11,234 nucleotides of DNA from positions 1 to 11,234 of the forward strand of contig JBHGNT010001177.1 in the NCBI GenBank assembly GCA_043228905.1, in the 5' to 3' direction. Shown here one piece after another: positions 1-10,083 of this stretch (position 1 is the stretch's first letter; each line of letters opens with the position of its first letter). The stretch comes from Azolla caroliniana (lineage: Eukaryota > Plantae > Polypodiophyta). The position numbers and the translations under genes were made by a program. Below the pieces are notes generated by a model. That model was not told the origin of the DNA. It saw only the letters and a list, made by a program, of their open reading frames with translations, and did not search any database.

Positions 1-329
1 AGCAATCCCTTGCTCTTTGAAATGCAAGTGTTAATTGATTGTCACATAGCTAAACTCAAAAAATTGTGCAAAAATATAAAATTATGAGTTATGTTCCAAT
101 TTATTGACAACTTTATAACCATATATGAAATAGGAGAAAAAATTTATGCCGTGATGCATTTTTCTAATTTTCGAATTATGGAGTCAAACTGGTTTTAAAG
201 AGGGAATTCTTCCACTCGTGAATGATGTAGATTCCTACCACTTGTTTTGACATTTTGTATTCGTAAATGATGTGAAATGATCCACTTCATTTCATGAAGC
301 ATCTATGCAGACGCTAAGGTCACAACTTT

Positions 330-410
330 ATTGATTGATGAAGTGACCCTCTTATCTGGACTTAGAACATTGATTGATGAAGTGACCATCTTCTCTGGTC
401 TTATAACATT
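330..410. repeat. Two-copy 39-bp tandem repeat in the 3' flank
   Basis: ATTGATTGATGAAGTGACC[C/A]TCTT[A/C]TCTGG[A/T]CTTA[G/T]AAC at 330 and 369. Confidence 0.85.
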
Positions 411-1467
411 TACCAACACATACACAGTACGAAAAGTAACTGCAACTGATGCACATAATTTTAGAATCATTTCAGTACTATTATATAAGACCTTCATGAG
501 CAGTTAGAATCTGAAACTGACATTTCTGCACATGTATGTAATCTCCATGTTCTATTGAGAGTAGTTGCAATAAATGTCTTGTCTAATAAGAGTTACCAAT
601 TGTATCATTAAAGGTAGACAAAATACATCATGACTGTTTTAGTGTATTAGAATAATGAGTTAGATTTCCCATAAATATCCACTAACACAACATTAATAAG
701 CTGTCGAAACATAAGCATTAAATTCAACCTGTATGTTCAGTCTATACACATTGACATTTGAGAGCATTTATATAAAACATACAGGAAAAAGCTCAATAGC
801 TAATAAAAAAATCCTCGTACATATCTACAAAATAAGGTACAAAGGACAATATATAATGCAACTGTGCAGATTTCAAGCATTTTACCAATCAAATGAGATT
901 TCTGTTTCTGAACACAATTACACTAATATTACCTATGCAAATAGTCAATAAACTTAATATTGCAAAGATCTAAATCTGAAACGAAAAGAACTCTATACAC
1001 GTACAGCACTTTCTATTCAACAAAATATTACAAAAAACATCACCTAAACTTCATTCTGTGTTTGTGAATTTGAGGAAGTAAATGCTGCAAGAATAAAAGT
1101 CTCTATTCCTCTCCCCAGAAGAAATATACACAAAGTCCATTCTAGTAAACCGCACAAGTAAGACTGCCAAAACATTAATAGCATACAGGACTTCGAACCG
1201 GGCACCATCCCTCAAATGATTATGTACATATTTTCCCTGTGAAGGAACGTGCACTATTTTACAAGTTCACATTCCTAATAGTTTTTTCTCTCTATTGTCT
1301 TAAAGTACAAGGGTGAAGCTGGCAGGTAAAAGAGATTACACTTTCTTCCCAGAGCTAATAGTCATTTTTTCCTAGAGTTTCTACTTAAACTTCTACAGAG
1401 ATAAGTGGGATTTGGAGGAACACCTCAGCGTCTTCTCGAATGGAGAGTGATCATTACTCTTGTACTC

Positions 1468-1687
1468 TTACATCCTGAAGTCAAGAACACACACAGTGTT
1501 GTTTGAGAAACAGGCAGCTACTTTATCACCTTCCTTGTTCCAACACACCTCAAATATTCCTCCACCACCCCTGAATGTCCTAACTAAGCTTCCATCTCGG
1601 ACTGACCAAATATGCAAGCATTTATCAAATGAACCGCTAGCTAGAAATTCTCCATTTGGACTAAATGCCACAGAATACACAGGTTCA
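1468..1687 (-). CDS. HOS15: Coding exon 14 with stop ([22 protein letters not shown]...VCVLDFRM*)
   Basis: Acceptor poly-T TGCAG|T; TAA at 1468-1470. Confidence 0.94.
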
Positions 1688-4600
1688 CTGCAAAAAAAAA
1701 ACAGTTTCAGCATAAATCAGACTTCAAGCAAAATCTGTAAATGGTCAACTTCATCAAAAATCAAACTTGAGTAATGTGCATTAGGAACCATGAATTATGC
1801 ACACTGAAAATTTATATATAATAAAACTAGAAAAATCACTTAATAAAAGTACCTGTGCTCAGTAAGGCTGAAGAGCTGCAGGCCCTTTTCAACATCCCAC
1901 AATTTAATTGTAGCATCAAATGATGCACTGCAACAAAATTTGAGAGCCAATTTAGAATACTCGAATGTAAATACCATATTGGCCAACATCAATAAGAAAA
2001 ACATACAGACAACAAAATCCTCGATACCTTGCAAGCACTAAAGGCAAATTTGGGTTATTGGTGTTTGGCCCTGTTGGACTCCATTTGATTGTGTAAATTT
2101 CCTGCAAATCAAACCATCATAGTTAGATTCTTATGTACCAGTAAAATGTAAATATAGACACCTCCAATCCCCTTACCTTTGTGTGATCTCGCAAATCATG
2201 TAAACATTTGTCTTGTTTCATACTCCAAATCTGCCAAAACATATCCCATTTATATAATGTGTATAAAATCACAATGAAAAATCTGTGCCAGGATTAATAC
2301 ATCACAAATAGAAGATGGCTCGCATCAAGATTAAAAATGTGTATAAATGAACAGGATTAATAAGTGAACAATAGTCCAGGAGTAGGAGATGATCTCAGGA
2401 TCCCCGTATAGCATGTTGATATAATGCAGCACTTCGATTAGGTGGAGCAAATAAACTCCAGGACATCAATTTTTTGATGAGTATACTTCATAGCTTTTAA
2501 CATTAGAGTTTGGTGCAATGCAAAGAATTCTTGCAATGATGAAAGAAAATAACTGCGAACAGACTAACCTTTGCAGTATAATCATCTGAGCAAGATGCAA
2601 GTAGTGTTCCCGTGGGGTCCCACTTGATCGCATTAACTTCGTCCTGTAGAGTTAAAGAATCTTTAGAGCTTTATGCTATTTATTGACTTTATGCAAGTGC
2701 ATACAGTATTTACACTCTCTGAACGCACACATAGAATACTTCCAAATCCACATGTATACATACAAGACTTGCAAATTCATACCTGATGTCCTGCAAATGA
2801 TTTTATAGGTCGACCTTCTCCAAGTTTACACACATAGATCATTTTATCTGTTGAACAAGTTGCAAAGGAAACATTGTTCCGCCAATCCACATCCAGTGTT
2901 GGAGCTGCCAAAAATATAAACAGGCTCAAAAATAATACCAAGGACCTTGTACGCTAGTACAAATATGACACTAACATTTAATGGCCGTGAAGCATCAAAG
3001 AGCAGATAAATTCTACGGTGTGCTGCAGTGAAATAGTCCTATCCTTGAGACAAAGCCCCTGCCTGGATTTAATGTTCTCTACTACACCTTTTCACATAAA
3101 CATCTGTCTCCATGTCTTAGAATCATTTAGGAATAGTTAATAGCTATGAGCTGAAAGAATCCACAAAAACGTGGCTTAACTGGTTCACTTCAGTTTGGTC
3201 CAAGTATAAACATTTGTAAACAGTTCTATTTGTCTTAGGGGTTCAACAAGAATGTGGTTTTGGGCCTTTATCAGCTCAATGATTTTGTGATTTACTCAGT
3301 TTTAAACCACAGCTTGGGCAAATTAATGGTCTGGGGGGATATTTTTAAATTTTTTATTAAATGTATAAATTGACTTTATAAATGATATAATATGTGACAT
3401 AAAGTTTTAAATTTGATCCCTTACAATTCTTTTAAGTTTAAGTTCCTTCTGCATTTATGAAAAACATAACCCTTTCATATACACACCCAAGTGATATCAA
3501 CTCCCAAAGTTTCATCATCGCTAACATTCATCAAGATGGCATACATTGACCTATCCATAGATTGGTTGCCTTGTCTAATAGACACTATCATGTATAATCA
3601 ACTCCCAAAGTGATATCAACTCCCAAAGTTTCATCATCGCTAACATTCATCAAGATGGCATACATTGACCTATCCATAGATTGGTTGCCTTGTCTAATAG
3701 ACACTATCATGTATAATCAACTCCCAAAGTTTCATCATCGCTAACATTCATCAAGATGGCACATTGACCTATCCATAGATTGGTTGCCTATACGACATAA
3801 TAATTCCATTCATTTTATCAACTTGCTTATACGACATAATATGGACTGCTAGATTCAGGAAATGAAGTTAAAGATAGACAAGATAATGACAACATGAACA
3901 CTTGACTCCGACATGAGGACATCAAGTATCACAACATAAAAACAAAGGATGTGCCCGTTTTCTTACAGATTGAAAGGAGTCATCCAAAAAATAAGTTTAA
4001 GAAAGATCTTCAGGAATCTAGTAAGTTACCTTCACAGTATCACAGTTCCAAGGTTGTTTGATATAGAACAAATTATGTGTTTACCTGAATGATATTCAAA
4101 TTGCTGTTTACAATCGCCAGTTTTGGCATCCCAAATGATAGCTGTTTTGTCAACACTTCCACTCAGCAAGCAATCACCCTTTTTATTCCATTTCAAAGAA
4201 AATATTGGTCCCTTATGTTTGTTCAATGTGCTCTTCAGTTCACCTGACAATTGTTATGACATGTTCATGTGTTAGGACAGCAGCGCATGTGTAGCGTCTT
4301 ACAGGTATAAGCATATTAGTGATTTTAAAAGTGCTTGGTTCAGTGCATTCATAAACTACTGATTGCTTTATTCTACTTGACATCAACAGAAATGCAGAGA
4401 AATCTTTCTCTTTCTCATACATCATACAAGTCAATTTACACATGAAATCTTACCAACTAATCTAGGAAGTTAGACGACAGATTCCTCACTCTTGGGTCTG
4501 AACCTCAAGAGATTTTTATGACAAGCATCCCTACAAGGTAGCAACAGCACGTTCTGACAGATCCTTTGACATGAGCATAACTACCTAAGTATTCTGTACC

Positions 4601-7600
4601 ATATTGTTCATATGATGGTCCTATATTTTCAGGTGAACCTTACCATCTTTGGTCCATATTCTGGCTTGACCATCATATGATCCTGTAGCAAGTAGGCTTC
4701 CTTCACCCTGTGCAAGGAAATAAGATTAGAATTCTCAATTTCTTGAAGGGAAGAAAAAGGAAGAATCACTATTCCTGCAAATATGAATGCTCACATTCCA
4801 ATCAAGTGTAGTCACATCTTTGCTTTTTTCATTTGTCTTGCCTTTAAAATGCTTTAAGACAAGAGACCTACAAGCTGCAGTTTGTGCAGTGACTCCTGAT
4901 GGTCCATCTGGAATCATCCATATCCTTGCAGTTGAATCCCCTGAACTGTGTAGAAAACAGAAAACGCATTTTAAAACATAAAATAGTTGTCACCATGAAA
5001 TACAACAAGTCTAAAATGCATGATCCTCACCCAGATGCCAATAGGGACCCAGTTGGACTCCAAGCACAAATGAATACCTACCAGAATTATTAAGCCATCA
5101 ACATGTTAGTCCCCTGCCAACCCATACATTATATCACGAGAAAACTATATGGCAGCAACAAACCTCCGATGTGTGACCTTCAAGTATTGTAACATCTGTA
5201 TGTGGGATCTCAGCACACTGAAAAGATGTAGCTGTTTCGACATCCATTGCTTCTGGCCCTGAAACTTTCCATTAAGTACAGAAAATACATCAAAACATGT
5301 CAATTATCTATACCATACATTATTGGAACTCTAATCTAAAAGGTGCTTTTGAATTCACCAGCCAAAATATCTCTGATTTTGAGGTAGGTTTTAATATCTT
5401 GGCATATCTGACTGATGATAACTTGAGCCACATATTGAGGATCAAGAAAGAGGCAGTGTATGCATTAACTGAGCCTTCATTTTGGGATACAAATAACACA
5501 TCAGAATGTATGAGCTAAAATGCCCTTGTTATTGTTTGTGGATTCCATCTTCAAGAGAAGAGTATAGTGATGCACAGCAGCTCAAAATATGAAATAGAGA
5601 AGCCATACTCTATGAAAATTCTTCTCAGTTCTTCAATGGATAAATTCACCATCTATGATTTATGTATATACTTTGGTTCAAACAGAATTGCCAAAAGAAA
5701 CAGAAACTGGAAAGCAGCACAAACGAAGTTGCAGCTCCCCTAATTACAGCACCAAAGGTATAGATATTGGTATTAATATCTATAGAAATAAAATTTCCGT
5801 ACATATATGCTCACAACATTAAAACCCTAACATAAAAGGATATTATTATCTACTGTCTACAATGATATGATAATATTAAACATACAAATCATCAAAGGTT
5901 GACAAAGAGACTGATTCACTGCATAATGTATGATCAAATGAGAGTTCAGATGTATAAAACGTTTTTTTGTCTAAGCCACAACCTCTACAAGAAACTAAAG
6001 TATGTCCTGCTGACCATGTTGAGAAAGAAAGTAAGAGGCCTTAAATTCACCATTTCCCATTTCAAGAAAACTATTCTAGGTCTGATGTTTGATGTTGATA
6101 AGTCAACCACATGCTGCAGCATGAAACCTTAAGATATTACTATTAGCAAAATGGAATTGGTATTTTATAAGGTCTAAATGTGATCTTTTATGCATACAGA
6201 TTATGACTTCAAAAACAAAAACAAGAAAAATTCACAATCAAGCTGCAGAAGGAAGTTGGCATTTTACCAGCAATAGATGATCGCGAATCCTTTTCCTCAA
6301 CTTTGACTTTGGCTTTTTCTTCACGCTCACGATCTTTTTCTTTCTCCAAGCGCTCCCGCTCTCTTTCTTTTTCCCTCTCTCTCTCCTTCTCTTTCTCTCT
6401 TTCCTTCTCTCGTTCACGCTCTCTCTCCCTTTCAAACCTTTCCCTCTCCCGTTCTCTTTCTCTTTCTCTCTCTTGCCGCTCCCTCTCTTGCCGTTCTCTC
6501 TCTTGTTTCTCCCTCTCTTTTTGCTCTTTTTCTACGCGCTCCCTCTCTAACCTTTCCTTCTCTTGACGCTCCCTTTCCAAACGTTCTTTCTCTTGCCTCT
6601 CTCTCTCTTTCTCCCTTTCCCTCTCCCTCTCCCTCTCTTTTTCCTTCTCCCTCTCTTTTTCTTTTTCCTTCTCTTTCTCTCTTTCTTTCTCTCTTTCCTT
6701 CTCCTTTTCAGCTTCTCTTTCCCTCTCTCTTTCCTTTTCTTTCTTGTCCTTTAGAATTTGACGTAGTTCACTGACATCCTTAGTGATCAGATCCACAGGT
6801 TGAAGGAGAGAAAAATCTCCATCTACATCCATCCCATCCTGCTTTAGAGTGACATGCCGATGTTTAAGCATACTCGTTTAAAAAGAACACTTAAAACGTA
6901 CTCATTATGAAGAATGTAAGCTTCTCACATCTGTTAAATTTGCTTCTAGTTCAAGGTACTGGAGACCTTTCTGAACAAAAGACACAAGTGCACCAGGTGG
7001 AACTTGATTGCCATCAATCGGAACTTTGTTGAGACCAGATTCAAAACCAAATGTGAAAGCTGAATGAAGAAACCCTGCAATCACCACCAATTAAATGTTT
7101 AAATTGATATTTAGCAGCTAATTATAATCTAATAAAACAAAGAAATACCAAACCAATAAACAAATAGAAAATTAATCTTTTAATTACTCCAATATGCATA
7201 GAGCACATGCATGCACATAGAAAATAGATCACTATTATCACAATGAGCGATTATCAAGGGAATGGAAATTTAAAGACGATAATCATATTGAAAACTAAGA
7301 ATAATTACTTATCATTTTTCACCAGAACAAAAATAACAGCGCTTAAGATGATATGTGTGTAGGCACTTAAAAATATGGAAAGGTTATTACTTATTCTATC
7401 ATACATGAAGGGGAATGGTATGTATCAAAGAGGACTATACCAAAATCCTCTCTTCCATCAAACACACATATTTTTCACATGCAAAGTTTATTTCTATTAG
7501 CTTATAAAAACTTCCTTGCAGGCTGACCTTTGATATTTCTCTGTTATACTGTAATTGATACTAACATTGTCTATCTAGTGTTTCAGTTGACTGCAGAATA

Positions 7601-9913
7601 TGAAGCATATAAATTTCTATTCCAAGACACCCGTGTTGCACTTCAAGATCTCAAAACACGCTTCAATTAACACTGCAAAGCCTTCTTCTTAGAATACACC
7701 TTGTATTTTGTTACCATCCACAAAATGTGTTTGCATCAAATCATGACTTTATCATGATACAAGGGTGGTTCTAGTCCAAAAATTTTAAGTGTCAGAACTG
7801 TTCTCCTTGATTAGAAAAATCAATTGATATTTATATCTTCACTTCAGAAAAGAGACTATCACAAAGATCACATGAATTTGGAGATAGGGTATACATGAAG
7901 GAACATATAATTGATTCTTGAGAAGTCAAATTTAACCTCAAGGCTTGGAGATAGGGTATACATGAAGGAACATATAATTGATTCTTGAGAAGTCAAATTT
8001 AACCTCAAGGCTTGCCTTCCTGTCAGGGTGAATCTTTCAAACTTAAAATACACAATCTGTAGGTTCGGGCAACCTGCTAGCGCTACAAAAAGTTCAAATC
8101 TGGAAAGATTTTGGTTTTTTCTTTGAACTCATCACTTCATCAAGATTACATTTTCTAACACCAAAATTGCAATCATATTAGCGTCTCCTTTACTGAAATC
8201 AGGCAAGAAGATAGAGGTGACAGAAATATGGCAAGCATTGTGATTTTTCAGATCTCAGAGAGCGAATTTCTCAATGGTTGTTAGCACTAGAGAATAATTG
8301 GAATTTTAGTTAATTTTCTCTTTAAAGTAAGTTTCAGCTTTCACAAGATTAGGTTCATAAAACCTGCAAATACCAATCATCTCCAGCTAGAGCCAGGCAA
8401 GGACGAAACAGTAATAGCTCTATGGCACCTATGTTTGTGTCAAGGTGAGTAAAGTATTCATCTACGAGCTTCACTTCATCAAACTTGCCTCTGTTATCTC
8501 TACAGAAGTGGATCTGTGTAAGAAATAAGAGAGAAGTACATACTCACAGCTCACTAACATTACAAATGTTTGAGAATAATGTTTCCCTTAAAAAATTTCC
8601 TTTATAGATATTATCCATCCTGACAAAAAAAGTTATCTTCAACTAAACCAGCAAGGGAGATAGCAATAAAGGAGAGGAGATTCTGAAAACTTGCTAATTC
8701 TAGAGGAGAACTAAAATTGGGGATGAGTTTGTAACTTCAAGTTCTTTCATCAAGCTTGCTACTTTTAATTGCCATCTTGGACAAGAATCAGGCAAGGAGA
8801 CAGGAGTGACAAGGAAAAGAAAAGAAAAGAAGGTCATGAAGTATTCATAACAGTACAGAAAAGATGAAAATTTCCGATGAGCTTTTGCTTTGAAACTAAC
8901 CATAGGTGAGAAATAAGACAAAAGATGCTGAAATCTTGATAACACTACAAAAAAATCCAAATTTGCGATGTACGGCTAAACTTTGGCAGAAAAAGAAAGA
9001 CTAGACATTAGACCTCTGTATTTCTAAGCATCATCATCTTGATGGAAATTTCCTCCTTGAAAGAAAAAGAAAAGTTTGTTCATACGATAGAAATTTTGAG
9101 AATTGAGATGAAACTATACTCTTTAGGACAAAAAGAGCTTCCATCACCCAGAAAGAAGAAATGTCTTTCGAACTAAAGTTACAAATTCTCTTAGAAATTC
9201 TCTCACAAGAAACAAGAGAGAAGAAAGAAGCTTGGAGGTATTGTTACTGTTAAGACTACAGAACATCAAGCTTCAGGATGAGAATATGCCTGCTTGAAGC
9301 TATAAAAGGCCTACTTCACTCTTAGAGAGAGAGAGAGAGATAGGGAGATACAAGAAAAAGTCCATCTACTTAGAAGACAAGTTAAGACTTCAAGATGGAA
9401 AATTTCTCTTCAATAAAACTTCCTTACACAGAAACAAGAGAGTAGAAAAAAGCCCTGAAATCTTATTACTTTTAAGACTACACAAACTTGAGTTTTGGGA
9501 TGAAAATCTATGTTTCAAACTGAAAAAGGTCTGCCTTCCTCTCAGATAGAGACAATAAAATTGATCTATTTTGATGTCAAGTTAAATATTCAACTATGAA
9601 TTTTTTCTGGATCAATAAGACTTCCTTGTACAGAAACCTAAGAGAAGAAAGAAGCCCTAAAGTCTTGTTACTGTTAAGACCACAGAAACTTGAGCTTTCA
9701 GATGAAATTGTGTCTTTAAATACAGTCCTCTTCAAGTGAGAAAAATGGATAAAAGACCAGAAAAATAATATTTTCAGAGGAAATCAAACTATTCTTATAC
9801 GAATGAAATTTCTTTCTTACAATTAGAGGAAAAACAACAGAAAAGCGCGTACCTGACTCTTGCAAGTAACGGAAGACCAGAAAATTGAGCTCTGTGGAAG
9901 TCAAGTTAGCCAT
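1468..9913 (-). CDS. HOS15: WD40-repeat corepressor HOS15 / TBL1(X/R1)-SIF2 family protein, spliced CDS of 14 exons (637 aa): join(9853-9913,6929-7074,6268-6838,5164-5258,5031-5077,4795-4945,4644-4707,4085-4243,2783-2904,2569-2643,2177-2230,2028-2101,1853-1927,1468-1687)
   Basis: Hand translation gives the LisH start [27 protein letters not shown], the TBL1 signature [22 protein letters not shown], a charged linker, WD repeats ([73 protein letters not shown]) and C-terminal [33 protein letters not shown], all recognisable from plant HOS15. All introns are GT-AG, phases agree and exon lengths sum to 1914 nt. Confidence 0.95.
1853..1927 (-). CDS. HOS15: Coding exon 13 ([25 protein letters not shown])
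   Basis: Acceptor TTGCAG|T; donor CAG|GTACTT. Confidence 0.93.
2028..2101 (-). CDS. HOS15: Coding exon 12 ([25 protein letters not shown])
   Basis: Acceptor TTGCAG|GAA; donor AAG|GTATCG; TBL1-typical WSPTGPxTxNPN loop. Confidence 0.93.
2177..2230 (-). CDS. HOS15: Coding exon 11 ([18 protein letters not shown])
   Basis: Acceptor TGGCAG|ATT; donor AAG|GTAAGG. Confidence 0.92.
2569..2643 (-). CDS. HOS15: Coding exon 10 ([25 protein letters not shown])
   Basis: Acceptor CTACAG|GAC; donor AAG|GTTAGT. Confidence 0.93.
2783..2904 (-). CDS. HOS15: Coding exon 9 ([41 protein letters not shown])
   Basis: Acceptor TGGCAG|CT; donor CAG|GTATGA. Confidence 0.93.
3489..3789. repeat. About 2.7-copy tandem repeat (101-bp core) in intron 8
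   Basis: ATCAACTCCCAAAGTTTCATCATCGCTAAC... starts at 3496, 3615 and 3716; copies are near-identical. Confidence 0.92.
4085..4243 (-). CDS. HOS15: Coding exon 8 ([52 protein letters not shown])
   Basis: Acceptor TGTCAG|GT; donor CAG|GTAAAC. Confidence 0.93.
4644..4707 (-). CDS. HOS15: Coding exon 7 ([22 protein letters not shown])
   Basis: Acceptor GCACAG|GGT; donor ATG|GTAAGG. Confidence 0.92.
4795..4945 (-). CDS. HOS15: Coding exon 6 ([14 protein letters not shown]...[11 protein letters not shown])
   Basis: Acceptor ACACAG|TTCA; donor AAT|GTGAGC. Confidence 0.92.
5031..5077 (-). CDS. HOS15: Coding exon 5 ([16 protein letters not shown])
   Basis: Acceptor GGTAG|GTA; donor TGG|GTGAGG; first WD repeat. 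Confidence 0.92.
5164..5258 (-). CDS. HOS15: Coding exon 4 ([32 protein letters not shown])
   Basis: Acceptor TTTCAG|GG; donor GAG|GTTTGT; conserved [16 protein letters not shown]. Too short for the ORF track. Confidence 0.9.
6268..6838 (-). CDS. HOS15: Coding exon 3 ([28 protein letters not shown] plus E/R/K low-complexity linker)
   Basis: Acceptor AAGCAG|GAT; open 571 nt; donor CTG|GTAAAA, phase 1, matching the next exon. Confidence 0.88.
6929..7074 (-). CDS. HOS15: Coding exon 2 (LisH C-half plus F-box-like helix)
   Basis: Acceptor TTGCAG|GG; [49 protein letters not shown]; donor GAT|GTGAGA. Confidence 0.93.
7878..8014. repeat. Perfect two-copy 67-bp tandem duplication in intron 1
   Basis: TTGGAGATAGGGTATACATGAAGG...AACCTCAAGGC at 7878 and 7945. 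Confidence 0.92.
9195..9715. repeat. Degenerate ~200-220-bp tandem repeat (about 2.5 copies) in intron 1
   Basis: AGAAAC..AGAG.AGAAA.AAGC ... TT.TTACT.TTAAGAC.ACA.AA anchors at 9208, 9430 and 9632. Confidence 0.75.
9853..9913 (-). CDS. HOS15: Coding exon 1 (start codon, LisH N-half: [21 protein letters not shown])
   Basis: ATG GCT context at 9913; donor CAG|GTACGC; phase 1. Confidence 0.93.
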
Positions 9914-9966
9914 ACGCGATGATGCTAACAGAAGCTTATCTTCTTCCTTCAGATATTCACAAGATA
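9914..9966 (-). other. Predicted 5'UTR part of coding exon 1
   Basis: T-rich tract TTTTTTTATTTTCTTTGTAATGTATCCAG| gives an acceptor at 9967-9968. Confidence 0.65.
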
Positions 9967-10083
9967 CTGGATACATTACAAAGAAAATAAAAAAATGAAG
10001 ATGCAAACCATAAAAAAAAGGAGAAAACTGGGCAGAAGTTCAGTAAAAGCTTCAACAAAGAAGAGAGCTTAGGATGAAGTTAC

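Noticed and set aside
303-1254. Short ORFs in the 3' flank (303-497, 733-951, 1051-1254)
   Set aside because: No recognisable domains; the first gets its internal repeat from the 39-bp duplication.
700-1467. 3'UTR end and polyadenylation site
   Set aside because: The sense strand is U-rich, as expected for a plant 3'UTR, but no unambiguous signal places the cleavage site.
1460-1774. 104-aa plus-strand ORF, and similarly 4787-4981 and 4899-5093
   Set aside because: Antisense to real HOS15 exons, with no independent homology or gene signals.
3489-3789. Repeat array considered as CRISPR or a C/D snoRNA cluster (ATGATGA on the minus strand)
   Set aside because: Eukaryotic intron, no unique spacers and no cas genes; no CTGA D box within the unit.
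4024-4034. Alternative donor-like AAG|GTAACT 55 nt past exon 8
   Set aside because: It would include a stop codon, the upstream donor already fits the conserved protein, and nothing else supports it.
4489-4511. Small hairpin CTCTTGGGT-CTGA-ACCTCAAGAG
   Set aside because: Too short for a miRNA or MITE; expected by chance.
5822-5829. Second telo-box AAACCCTA in intron 3
   Set aside because: An isolated 8-mer far from the TSS; compatible with chance.
6303-6754. Plus-strand ORFs with SR-like (SRSRSFS) and F/L-rich translations, and the alternative-frame ORF 6238-6435
   Set aside because: Antisense and frame-shifted shadows of the low-complexity E/R/K exon; pyrimidine-only DNA simply lacks stop codons.
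7868-8960. Intron 1 ORFs as possible transposon remnants
   Set aside because: No transposase, RT or gag motifs, terminal inverted repeats or target-site duplications that I can recognise; a repeat-library search would be needed to exclude decayed elements.
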